A stretch of 64,000 bases of DNA from positions 416,001-480,000 of the forward strand of contig CAVUKB010000001.1 in the NCBI GenBank assembly GCA_963741955.1. Reading direction: 5' to 3'. Both the position numbers and the translations under genes were made by a program. The notes beneath the pieces were generated by a model that made no database searches, was not told the origin of the DNA, and worked only from the letters and a program-made list of their open reading frames with translations. Below are positions 44,796-54,071 of the stretch, piece after piece. Source of the DNA: an uncultured Acidobacteriota bacterium. GTDB taxonomy: Bacteria; Acidobacteriota; Thermoanaerobaculia; Gp7-AA8. Numbering within the stretch: the first letter of the stretch is position 1; each line of letters begins with the position of its first letter.

Positions 44796-46202
44796 ATGAA
44801 ATCCCGCATCGCAGCGACACTCGTCATCCTCCTGACCGTGATCCTCGCCTTTCTCGCTCAGTGCCGCCGGAGCGAAGCGAGGCCCGAGAATCCGGAGGAG
44901 AAGGAAGCGCGGAAGTACTTCGCCGAATATCTCCGCATCGACACCTCCAACCCGCCGGGCAACGAGACCCTCGGAGCGGAGTACCTCCGGAGCATTCTCG
45001 AGAAGGACGGGATCCCGTCGCGCCTCGTCGGTTCGGACCCGAAGCGTCAGTCGCTCTGGGCCCGGCTTTCGTCCGGCTCGAAAGAACCTGCGCTGCTCCT
45101 CCTTCACCACATCGATGTGGTTCCGGCGAACGCGTCGCTCTGGAGCGTGCCGCCCTTTTCCGGACAGAGGTCGGGGGGCTACTTCTGGGGTCGAGGTGCA
45201 CTCGACATCAAGTCGCTGGGAATCGCCGAACTGATGGCCTTCCTGGACCTCAAACGAAGCGGCGTGAAGCTCACCCGGGATGTGATCTTTCTCGCCGTCG
45301 CCGATGAAGAAGCAGGCGGAAAGCTGGGCACCAGAGAGTTGCTCGAGCAGCATCCCGAGCTCTTCGAGAACGTCGGCTACGTGATCAACGAGGGAGGGGC
45401 GAACGAGACGGTCGTCGACAAGATCACGTTCTGGGGGATCGAGGTCGACGAGAAGGTTCCCCTCTGGCTGACTCTCGTGTCACGCGGCGAAGCGGCTCAT
45501 GGAGCCATCCCTCCGGATAATGGAGGAAGCATCGTGAAGCTCGTCGCCGCGCTCGACGCAGTGGAGAAGATGCCCCGTCCCTACCGCCTCACTCCCACCG
45601 TGAGCCGGTACCTGACGGCCGTCAGCAGCACGAAACTCGGTCGCAAGCGTGAGCTCCTCGAGCACCCCGAGCAGCACTTCGGATCTCCCGAGTTCGAAAG
45701 GATCGTCGGTCCCGGCTACCGCTCACTCCTCCACGATACCGTCGCCTTCACTCGGCTCGCGGCAGGAGAGTCGCCGAACTCCGTTCCCGCGGAGGCTTCG
45801 GCCACCCTCGACCTCCGTCTCCTCCCCGACAGTTCGCCGGACGAGATGATTCAACAGATCCAGTCGGCGGTCGGGCCCGACATCAAGGTGAAGCCGGTTC
45901 TGACGGAGAAACCGGTTCCCCCTTCGCCGGTCGATACGCCGCTCTTTCACATTCTGCAGGAGCAACTCGAGAAGAGTGAACCGAAGTCGGTGGTCGGACC
46001 TCTGGTCTCTCCGGGAACATCCGACAGCCGTTTCTTCCGCGCCCGCGGGATCGTGGCCTACGGCCTTTCTCCTTTCAAAGTGAACTACTACGACGCGGAC
46101 ACCGTTCACGGGGTGGACGAGCGAATCCGGGAGCGATTCTTCGATCAGGGCGTCGGGCTGACTCGTCGTGTCGTCCGTGCGTTCTGCACGGAGACTCCAT
46201 GA
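44796..46202 (+). CDS. Membrane-anchored M20/M25/M40 metallohydrolase (2)
   Basis: N-terminal TM; HHIDVVPA, GRGALDIKS, ADEE, NEGG, DSRF, HGVDE. Confidence 0.9.
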   Translation: MKSRIAATLVILLTVILAFLAQCRRSEARPENPEEKEARKYFAEYLRIDTSNPPGNETLGAEYLRSILEKDGIPSRLVGSDPKRQSLWARLSSGSKEPALLLLHHIDVVPANASLWSVPPFSGQRSGGYFWGRGALDIKSLGIAELMAFLDLKRSGVKLTRDVIFLAVADEEAGGKLGTRELLEQHPELFENVGYVINEGGANETVVDKITFWGIEVDEKVPLWLTLVSRGEAAHGAIPPDNGGSIVKLVAALDAVEKMPRPYRLTPTVSRYLTAVSSTKLGRKRELLEHPEQHFGSPEFERIVGPGYRSLLHDTVAFTRLAAGESPNSVPAEASATLDLRLLPDSSPDEMIQQIQSAVGPDIKVKPVLTEKPVPPSPVDTPLFHILQEQLEKSEPKSVVGPLVSPGTSDSRFFRARGIVAYGLSPFKVNYYDADTVHGVDERIRERFFDQGVGLTRRVVRAFCTETP

Positions 46203-48409
46203 CGCGACGGATCGCTCCGGTCGCGGTCATCCTCACTCTCTCTCTGATCCCCTTCATCCTTCCTCTGATTCGCGGCGAGGTTTTCACCTTCCGCGATCAC
46301 AGCGACTATTTCGAACCGATGCGCTACTACACCAGCAGCCGTCTGGCTGCGGGCGATCTCCCGCTGTGGAATCCCTTCAGCGGCTCCGGCGAGCGGTGGC
46401 TCGCGAATCCCGAGACCGCCGTGTTCTATCCCCCGGCATGGCTGATGGTGCTCCTCCCGTTCGCCACCGGGTACGTCGCGTTTCTCTGGTTCCACGTCGC
46501 ACTCGCCGGAGTCGGATCGTGGTTTCTCTTCCGCAGATGGGTCCAGCCTCCGTCGGCGCTGCTCGGAGCCGTGGCCATGATGTTCCAGGGGCCGCTGCTT
46601 TCGCTTCTCGACGTTTCAAACAACCTTGCGAGCATCGCCTGGCTCCCGCTCGTGGTCTGGTGTGCGCTCGAGCGGAGCGAGCCTGAACCTCGAGCTCCGG
46701 TGGCGATTCCGATCGTCTTTCTCGCTCTCTCGTTTCTGGGCGGAGAGCCGTTCCTGAGCGCCATCGTCTGGCTGCTGTACGGGGTGGTGTTGCTCTGGAG
46801 GAGCCGGCTTCGGAGAGCGGGCGATCTTCTCCTCACCGGGGTCGGATCGCTCATCCTCGTCTCTCCGCAGCTGGTGCCGTTCGTCGGCATGCTCGCCGGG
46901 AGCGACCGGGCGCGCGGTCTCGGACGCGCACTCGCGTTCCGTGACTCGCTCGATCTCACCGATTGGATCTCGACTCTCCTCTCCACGGCAACGCTGTCGG
47001 GATCGTTCGTCGCCATCCGCGCCAGCCAGTACTTCATTCCGACGATGTATCTCGGCGCGTTCGTCGTCTTCGGCGTTCTCCTCGGGCTTGCGCTCCTTCA
47101 CTTCGACTCCGACAAGCGGATCCGTGGCGTGATCATCGGCTGGCTCGTTCTGTTCGCCGCGTGCGCGATCGTCGCCGCGGGCGCGCACGCCGGATTCCTG
47201 TTTCCTCTCCTGGCCCGATCGGGTCTGGACGTGATCCGCTATCCCGCCCGGCTCGCGCCGGTTGCTTCGTTCGCGTTGATCGGGATCGCCGTGACGGGGT
47301 GGGACCGACACCAGACCGTCCCGCTCCGCATCCGAGCACTCGCTTCGCTCGTCGTCGCTGCGCTGCTCGGACTCGGTTGGTTTCTCTTTCTTCCGGACCG
47401 CCCGGGAGGCGTGCGTATCGTCGTTTCCGCGATTTCTCTTCTGGCGGCGACGGTGCTGCTGACCAGGCGAACCGGTCCGTTGGATCGAAAATCCGTTCTC
47501 GCTGGCGTGGTCCTGTTCGTCTCGATCGATCTGATCGCTTCTGCCGGTTTTCTTTTCGGATCGGCTCCATTCGTTCCGACCGTCAGACCCTACGATCGGA
47601 TCTTTCACGATGCGCAGAAGATCGTTCGTGTCACGCGAGAGGCGTTCGACGATGGTTCCGCGAGTTCAGTCTCCGAGAGGCGGCGCTGGCTCGCGGGATA
47701 CCTCAATCTCTACGACGGGATCTTCGACGCGTCGACTGCGGCTCCGGTGATCGACCGGCGCTATCTCGAGCTTCACGATCGCGCGCTCTGGCAGCCGCGT
47801 CTCGATCTGGTCGATTTTCTCGGCGTCGGTCACGTCCTCGCGGAGCGTCCGCTCCACGCACCGGGTTACTCGCTCCGCGGTCGTACCGGAGAAGTTCGCA
47901 TTTACCGCAATGCAGGAGCGTTTCCGCCGGCGACCGGCTGGACCACGTGGCGCAGCACGAGCTCCGGAGAGACGGCGTTTCGTCGCATCCTCGACGGAGG
48001 CTTCGACGCACGACGCACACTCTTCGTGACGGGCGCGCCGCCTCCCGTCTCCAACACCGCACCCGTGCGGGCGTCGATCGAGCTGGTGCAGGCCGGCGAA
48101 GGTGTCGTTCGTGTTCGATCGAGATCGAACGTTCCGATGATGGTCGTGATCACGCAGCGTCATGCGCGAGGATGGAATGCGTCGATCGATGATCGTCCTG
48201 CTCCGGTGTACGAAGCGGACGGAGTTTTTCTTGCCACTCACGTCACGTCCGGAGATCACATCATCGTGTGCCGATATCACGAGCCACACCTCGGTGGACT
48301 TGTGATACTTTCTGCACTCGGCCTGATCGCCTGCTTCATCGAATCAGTTTCTTTTCTCCGACGACGGCGTGACGTGGTGGACGTGGAAGCGAAAGTCGCC
48401 GGCTGCTGA
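46199..48409 (+). CDS. YfhO-like GT-C membrane glycosyltransferase (3)
   Basis: RDHSDYFEP...GDLPLWNPFSGSGERWLANPETAVFYP, RYPARL, GWNASIDD...SGDH; ATGA-coupled to M20 (2). Confidence 0.83.
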   Translation: MTRRIAPVAVILTLSLIPFILPLIRGEVFTFRDHSDYFEPMRYYTSSRLAAGDLPLWNPFSGSGERWLANPETAVFYPPAWLMVLLPFATGYVAFLWFHVALAGVGSWFLFRRWVQPPSALLGAVAMMFQGPLLSLLDVSNNLASIAWLPLVVWCALERSEPEPRAPVAIPIVFLALSFLGGEPFLSAIVWLLYGVVLLWRSRLRRAGDLLLTGVGSLILVSPQLVPFVGMLAGSDRARGLGRALAFRDSLDLTDWISTLLSTATLSGSFVAIRASQYFIPTMYLGAFVVFGVLLGLALLHFDSDKRIRGVIIGWLVLFAACAIVAAGAHAGFLFPLLARSGLDVIRYPARLAPVASFALIGIAVTGWDRHQTVPLRIRALASLVVAALLGLGWFLFLPDRPGGVRIVVSAISLLAATVLLTRRTGPLDRKSVLAGVVLFVSIDLIASAGFLFGSAPFVPTVRPYDRIFHDAQKIVRVTREAFDDGSASSVSERRRWLAGYLNLYDGIFDASTAAPVIDRRYLELHDRALWQPRLDLVDFLGVGHVLAERPLHAPGYSLRGRTGEVRIYRNAGAFPPATGWTTWRSTSSGETAFRRILDGGFDARRTLFVTGAPPPVSNTAPVRASIELVQAGEGVVRVRSRSNVPMMVVITQRHARGWNASIDDRPAPVYEADGVFLATHVTSGDHIIVCRYHEPHLGGLVILSALGLIACFIESVSFLRRRRDVVDVEAKVAGC

Positions 48410-48491
48410 TCCGATCGGGTCGTCGAAGTCTTCTGCAGGAGCACGAGTGGGTGTAGAATGTCGCTCCTTCACGACATCCGAGGCAGTTTGA

Positions 48492-48791
48492 ATGTCCACC
48501 ATCGACGATCGATTGAATCAGATCATCTCTGAGCTGATCGGCAGCGGAATCACACTCGAACAGGCAGTCGAGGCGTTCGAGGGTCGATACATCGCTGCAG
48601 CCATGCACGCCAGCCGCGGGAACATCACCCGTGCGTCGCGCGCGCTCGGAGTCCATCGCAACACCCTTCACAACAAGCTTCGTTCCAGGAGCATCCTCAA
48701 CGGTTACGTCGCGGAGATCCGGCCGAAGAAGCGTGCTCCCCGTAAACCTTCGAAGAAGGGCGACGGCAGGGCGGGTCGCTCGAAGAACTGA
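48492..48791 (+). CDS. Stand-alone Fis-family helix-turn-helix protein
   Basis: FEGRYIAAAM...GNITRASRALGVHRNTLHNKL; basic tail. Confidence 0.87.
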   Translation: MSTIDDRLNQIISELIGSGITLEQAVEAFEGRYIAAAMHASRGNITRASRALGVHRNTLHNKLRSRSILNGYVAEIRPKKRAPRKPSKKGDGRAGRSKN

Positions 48792-48823
48792 CGGACAGTA
48801 CGTCCTTTGCAATCGGAAGAGGC

Positions 48824-51049
48824 GTGGCGGCGAATCGGGACGAAGCACTTCGCGCATCGATCGTGGATCTTCTCCGGAAGAAGGGGAATCGTGTCCTGTC
48901 GATCAGCGACATCCACGAGCGTCTTCAGGGTGATCTCTCCTTCGAACGTGACGAAGTCGAATCCGCCGTCGAGCGGCTCGAGAACGAGGGTGTGCTGGTC
49001 GCCGTTCGCGGGAAGCGCTACTCCCTCCTCGAGTTCACGCCGTATGTCTCCGGACGCATCAGCGTTCGGCGCGACGGTCACGGCGTCCTTCGCAGGCCGG
49101 GAGAAATTCTCGACGTGCTGATCGATCGCAATGCCACCCGCGGCGCGATGCACGGCGACGTGGTCCTGGTGCGCATCGAAAAGCGCGGCGAGCGGACGCG
49201 CACGGTGCGAGGCCATCAGTACGTCGACGGCGAAGTCGTCCGGGTCCTTCAACGCGTTCACGATACGGTGGTGGGGCGATTCCACGCCGGCGACTACCCT
49301 TTCATCCGACCGTTCGACGAACGGCTCGACTCCGACATCCTGATCGAGGCGGAGTCCACCATGGGAGCCAGACATGGCGAGATGGTGAACGTGGAGATCG
49401 AGCAGTACGGGACGCGGAATGCGCTCGCGCGCGGACGGATCGTCGAAGTGCTCGGGATGATCGGGGACCCCGGAGTCGACGTCGAGGTGGTGATCCGCAA
49501 GTATCGGATCCCGCATCAGTTCCCGGAAGAAGTTCTCGCCAGCGCCGAGCAGATCGAGGAACGGGTCACGCCCGAGGAAGTCGCACGGCGTCGCGACCTT
49601 CGGGATCGGGTCATCGTGACCATCGACAGCGAGACCGCCCGCGATTTCGACGATGCGGTAGAAGTCATTCCGCTGAAGAACGGGAACTACCTCCTCGGCG
49701 TGCACATCGCCGACGTGAGCCACTACGTCACCGAGGGGGGAGCGATCGACCTGGAGGCGCTCGAGAGGGGAACCTCCGTCTACTTTCCCGGCCGCGTCGT
49801 TCCGATGCTTCCGGAGCGGCTTTCCAACGAGATCTGTTCGCTCAATCCGCGAGTGGACCGGCTGACCTTCTCCGTGGAGATCGAGATCGACCGGCGTGGT
49901 CGCTTCGTCGACCGGCGGATGTTCAAGTCGGTGATCAGGACCACCGAGAGAATGACGTACACCGACGTGGCGGCACTTCTCGAGAAGAGTGCGGACGCCC
50001 CGAAGAGGAAGCGGTACGAAACCCTCCTGCCGCACCTGGAAGTGATGCGTGAGCTCTTCGAGATCCTCCGCGTGCGGCGCGATGCTCGTGGATCGATCGA
50101 TTTCGACCTTCCGGAAAGTGAGATCTTCCTCACTTCGCAGGGAGAGATCGAATCGATCCGTCCGAGCCAGAGGAACGTGGCCCATCGTCTGATCGAAGAG
50201 TTCATGCTCGCGGCGAACGAGGCGGTGGCACAACACCTCTTTTTCGCTGGTGAGCCGGCGGTCTTCCGTGTCCACGAGCAGCCGGATCCTCAGCGGATCG
50301 AAGACCTGAAAGGAATTCTCGAAGAGTTCCATCACAAGCTCCGCGCGAATCCCGAAGAGCTGCGCCCCGGCGATCTCCAGCGGATACTCCGCACCGTCGC
50401 CGGGACCCCGGAAGAGAGATTTCTCACCGAGATCGTGCTTCGCTCCATGAAGCGGGCTACGTATTCGGAGGAGAATCGCGGGCACTTCGCCCTTGCGCTA
50501 CTCCAGTACTGCCACTTCACGTCCCCGATCCGGCGCTATCCCGACCTGATCGTGCATCGGCGTCTCGCGGCACTCCTCGCGAGCGGAGCCTCGTACGGCG
50601 AAACGCGCGAGCGACTCGACCGGATCATCCCGGAGATGGCCGAGCAGTCGAGCACTCGCGAAAAGCGCGCCGAGGACGCGGAGCGCGAAGTCCTGGAGTG
50701 GAAGAAAGTGATCTTCATGAGAGACAAGGTCGGAATGGATTTCGCCGGGACGGTCACCGGCGTCGTTCCGTTCGGGCTCTTCGTCGAGTTGCAGGACTAT
50801 TTCGTGCAAGGACTCGTTCCGGTGGCATCCATCGGAGGGGACTTCTGGAAGTATCTGGAGCGCGAGCACCGGTTGCAGGGAGCGGATAGCGGTCGCGAGT
50901 TCCGTCTCGGGGATCAGGTGGTCGTGGAGGTCCGCACGATCGACGAAGACAGGCGTCAGATCGAGTTTCGCCTGGTCGAGGCCGGTGGAACGGCGATCGA
51001 AGAGCGAGCGCGACCGAAGGGGAGACCACGATCCCGGGGCGCGCGGTAA
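48824..51049 (+). CDS. rnr: Ribonuclease R
   Basis: TIDSETARDFDDA, HIADVSHY, RGTSVY, LIEEFMLAAN, HFTSPIRRYPDL, C-terminal S1 domain. Confidence 0.96.
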   Translation: MAANRDEALRASIVDLLRKKGNRVLSISDIHERLQGDLSFERDEVESAVERLENEGVLVAVRGKRYSLLEFTPYVSGRISVRRDGHGVLRRPGEILDVLIDRNATRGAMHGDVVLVRIEKRGERTRTVRGHQYVDGEVVRVLQRVHDTVVGRFHAGDYPFIRPFDERLDSDILIEAESTMGARHGEMVNVEIEQYGTRNALARGRIVEVLGMIGDPGVDVEVVIRKYRIPHQFPEEVLASAEQIEERVTPEEVARRRDLRDRVIVTIDSETARDFDDAVEVIPLKNGNYLLGVHIADVSHYVTEGGAIDLEALERGTSVYFPGRVVPMLPERLSNEICSLNPRVDRLTFSVEIEIDRRGRFVDRRMFKSVIRTTERMTYTDVAALLEKSADAPKRKRYETLLPHLEVMRELFEILRVRRDARGSIDFDLPESEIFLTSQGEIESIRPSQRNVAHRLIEEFMLAANEAVAQHLFFAGEPAVFRVHEQPDPQRIEDLKGILEEFHHKLRANPEELRPGDLQRILRTVAGTPEERFLTEIVLRSMKRATYSEENRGHFALALLQYCHFTSPIRRYPDLIVHRRLAALLASGASYGETRERLDRIIPEMAEQSSTREKRAEDAEREVLEWKKVIFMRDKVGMDFAGTVTGVVPFGLFVELQDYFVQGLVPVASIGGDFWKYLEREHRLQGADSGREFRLGDQVVVEVRTIDEDRRQIEFRLVEAGGTAIEERARPKGRPRSRGAR

Positions 51050-51095
51050 CGCCGTTCGTGTGCTACCTTACTTCGAAAGTGTGGCGGGCAGGTGA

Positions 51096-52187
51096 ATGGC
51101 TGACATCCTCGACGCATCAGTGAGACTTCAGGAATTGATCGAGCGGCGTGTGACGCTCGAGCGGACCATCGAGAACGAACAGTCGGAGCTGTCGGAACAG
51201 AAGGTCACGGAGCTCGACGGGAAGTACGACGCTCTGCAGCGATCACTCTACCGGCTGTTCCGCGAGACGAGCGACGACTCGCTGCGGATCACCATCATGC
51301 TCGAGTTGATCCGCATTCTCGAGAACAAGCTCGTTCATCTCCGGCACTTCAGTGTCACTCCGGCGCCGGAGACTCGCGGGCTGGCAGAGATCGTGGCCCG
51401 TTTTCTCGACCAGCTCGAGGGCGAGCCCCACCCTCCGCTCTCACCTCTCGAGCTCTCGTATTACCGCGCCATCGCCGCTCTTCATGCCGGTGACCTCGAT
51501 CGTGCGCGCGAGGGACTCCTCGCCACGTGCGAGTCGGAAGAATCCGACGAGGCGAACGACATCAAGTTCAAGTCGTACGTGATCCTCGGCAATCTCTTTC
51601 ACGAGGAGCACGATTACGCCCGCGCCAGGGACCTCCACGACGCATCGGTCCAGTACAGCCGCAACTCGAACGTCGCCGCACAGGCGCTCGCGTTCAAAGC
51701 TCTCAACTCGTATGCCCTCGGCGAGACGGAGCAGGCGCGTTCGCTCTTCGAGTCATCTCTCGCCCTCTTCCAGCGCAGCGAGCCGTTCTTCAATTCGTAC
51801 TTCCACCGGAACGCGTTGCTCTTCTGCGGGTTGATCTACTACGACCGCGGCGAATACCGTAAAGCGGAGAAGTTCTACCAGACCCTGGTCGACGAAGTGG
51901 ATCAGAGCTCCTACGATTACTTCGACGCCCTGACGCAGCTCGGAAAGATCTGCTACCGGACCGGTCGCTTCGACGAAGCAGTCCGTCGATTCAGCAACGC
52001 AATCGAACAGCATCGCTACAGCGAGAACGAGCACCTGATCGACACCTGGTTCTGGCTCGCGCGTGCTCACGTCGAGCGGGGCGACCTCGCGGAAGCCCGC
52101 CGCTGCCTCGACAAGGTCACCACCTCCGAGGTCGAGTACGGGAGGAAATCGCAGGCGGTGGAGCTTCTCCGCCGTCTCGCGGGGTGA
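51096..52187 (+). CDS. Tetratricopeptide repeat protein
   Basis: N-terminal coiled coil followed by several TPR-like helical repeats (e.g. LGKICYRTGRFDEAVRRFSNAI). Confidence 0.8.
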   Translation: MADILDASVRLQELIERRVTLERTIENEQSELSEQKVTELDGKYDALQRSLYRLFRETSDDSLRITIMLELIRILENKLVHLRHFSVTPAPETRGLAEIVARFLDQLEGEPHPPLSPLELSYYRAIAALHAGDLDRAREGLLATCESEESDEANDIKFKSYVILGNLFHEEHDYARARDLHDASVQYSRNSNVAAQALAFKALNSYALGETEQARSLFESSLALFQRSEPFFNSYFHRNALLFCGLIYYDRGEYRKAEKFYQTLVDEVDQSSYDYFDALTQLGKICYRTGRFDEAVRRFSNAIEQHRYSENEHLIDTWFWLARAHVERGDLAEARRCLDKVTTSEVEYGRKSQAVELLRRLAG

Positions 52188-52208
52188 CGAGTCGGGGAGG
52201 GGTTCGTT

Positions 52209-53402
52209 TTACCGGAACCGGGTGAGCACGAACGCGATGTCGTCCCGCAGCTCTTCGGTCGCCGCGAATTCGCGCGTGTCGGCCAGAACCCGTTCGCAGA
52301 GATCGTCGATGTCTTCGGTGCGGTTCGCCTCCAGAATCCGTGCGATCCGCTCGATCGAATAGAACTCCCCTGCATCGTTCCGGCGATCCGTCAGTCCGTC
52401 GGTGTAGGCGAACAGGAGATCGCCGGCACCCACGACGAGGGTCGTGTCCTCGAAGTCGAGTCCTGCGATCGCACCGAGCATGTGGCCGGGGCGCTCGTGA
52501 ATCTCGGTCGGCGCCGTTCCGGATCGGACCAACAGGAACGGAGGATGCGCTGCGGTGGAGACGCGGAGCTCGCCCGAATCGTGAACGTAGTGGAAAAGCT
52601 GCGCAGTCGCATACTGCGAAGGGAGGCTGGCCGAAAAGAGGAAGTCGTTGAGGTCCCGCATCAGAGGTCCCAGACGCGGCGCTTCCGTGGTTTCGGAACG
52701 GATGTAGCTCTTGAGAAGAGAAACGAGGATCGCCGCGGCGAGGCCGTGTCCCGAAACGTCCGCGATGAAGAGGTAAAGCGCGTTGCCGCTCTCGTAGTAG
52801 TCGTAGAAGTCTCCCGAGAGCGTCTCGCTGGGAATGTAGGCGGAGCGGATCTCCGCGCGGCTGGTGGTCATCGAACGGTCGGGCAGAAGCGACTCCTGAA
52901 CCAGCCGGGCAATCTCCAGGTCCTTATGCAGCTTCTGGTTCAGTGCCATGATCTTGTCCGACTTCGCCTTGATCTCTTCGTAGAGCTGGCGGAGCTGTTC
53001 CGCCTGTTCCACGATCCGGTCCTGAAAGTCCTTGACCCGCAGGAGCGCCCGCACTCGTGCGACCAGCACCTCCATGTCCGACGACTTGGTCACGAAGTCG
53101 TCCGCGCCCGAGTCGAGTCCCTCGACCACGTGACGCGCGGAGTCGGCGCCGGTGAGCATCAGCACCGGGATGTTCTGCATCGCGGGTGCGGCTTTCAGGC
53201 GGCGGCAGACCTCGTAACCATCCATGCCGGGCATCCGGTAATCGACCAGGACGCAGTCGGGGAAGACCTCGCCCACCGTCCGGATCCCCTCCGTTCCGTC
53301 ACCCGCGTAGCTGACCCGGTAGCCTGCTCTCTCCAGGAAACGGCCGACGAGATGGGCGTCGCTACGGTTGTCATCGATGATGACGATCCTCTTTTCGGGC
53401 AT
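52209..53402 (-). CDS. Response regulator with SpoIIE/PP2C phosphatase output (RsbU-like)
   Basis: Receiver (IIDD, LVDYRMP), coiled coil, SGDFYD, ADVSGHG, YTDGL, DDIA. Confidence 0.92.
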   Translation of the reverse strand: MPEKRIVIIDDNRSDAHLVGRFLERAGYRVSYAGDGTEGIRTVGEVFPDCVLVDYRMPGMDGYEVCRRLKAAPAMQNIPVLMLTGADSARHVVEGLDSGADDFVTKSSDMEVLVARVRALLRVKDFQDRIVEQAEQLRQLYEEIKAKSDKIMALNQKLHKDLEIARLVQESLLPDRSMTTSRAEIRSAYIPSETLSGDFYDYYESGNALYLFIADVSGHGLAAAILVSLLKSYIRSETTEAPRLGPLMRDLNDFLFSASLPSQYATAQLFHYVHDSGELRVSTAAHPPFLLVRSGTAPTEIHERPGHMLGAIAGLDFEDTTLVVGAGDLLFAYTDGLTDRRNDAGEFYSIERIARILEANRTEDIDDLCERVLADTREFAATEELRDDIAFVLTRFR

Positions 53403-53477
53403 TCAGCTCCTCTGTCGCATAATGATGCACATCATCTGCACCGCTGGACGGCGGTGCAAGTCGGCTATCGTGTCGCC

Positions 53478-54071
53478 ATGAAAATGATCGTCGGACTGGG
53501 AAATCCAGGAGAATCGTACCGGAACACTCGGCACAATATCGGATTCAGGGTGGTCGAAGCGTTCGCGCGCCGCTTCCGGGTGGAGATCGACCGGCACGAG
53601 AAATCGGCGCTCACCGGTCGTGGCCGCGTGGCGGGTGATTCGGTCATGCTGGCGCTTCCACAGACGTTCATGAATCTCTCGGGTACGGCGGTTGCGAAAC
53701 TCGTACGCGCCTGGCTCGACTCGCCGAGCGATCTGATCGTGGTCTACGACGACATCGATCTTCCGGTTGCGAAGTTGAGAATCCGGGAGAACGGTTCAGC
53801 AGGAACCCATAATGGAATGAAATCGATTCTCGCCTCACTTGATGACAACGGCTTTCCCCGACTTCGCTTCGGTATCCGTGGCGCTGGTTACGACCAGACG
53901 CGCGATCTGGCGGACTACGTGCTTGCCGATTTCGAACCAGATGAGGAACAGCTCGTCGGACCGGCGATCGATCGCTCGGTCGATGCGCTTTTCACCATCG
54001 TCAGGGGTGATCTCCGCCGGGCGATGACGGAGTTCAATCGAGAACCGCAAGAGGAGGAACGACAGGCCTGA
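53478..54071 (+). CDS. pth: Peptidyl-tRNA hydrolase
   Basis: MIVGLGNPG, TRHNIGF, TFMNLSG, YDDID, GTHNG, RLRFGI. Confidence 0.96.
   Translation: MKMIVGLGNPGESYRNTRHNIGFRVVEAFARRFRVEIDRHEKSALTGRGRVAGDSVMLALPQTFMNLSGTAVAKLVRAWLDSPSDLIVVYDDIDLPVAKLRIRENGSAGTHNGMKSILASLDDNGFPRLRFGIRGAGYDQTRDLADYVLADFEPDEEQLVGPAIDRSVDALFTIVRGDLRRAMTEFNREPQEEERQA

Noticed and set aside
52482-53477. Long N-terminal extension of Pth
   Set aside because: It is the antisense of the RsbU-like gene; Pth homology begins at ATG 53478
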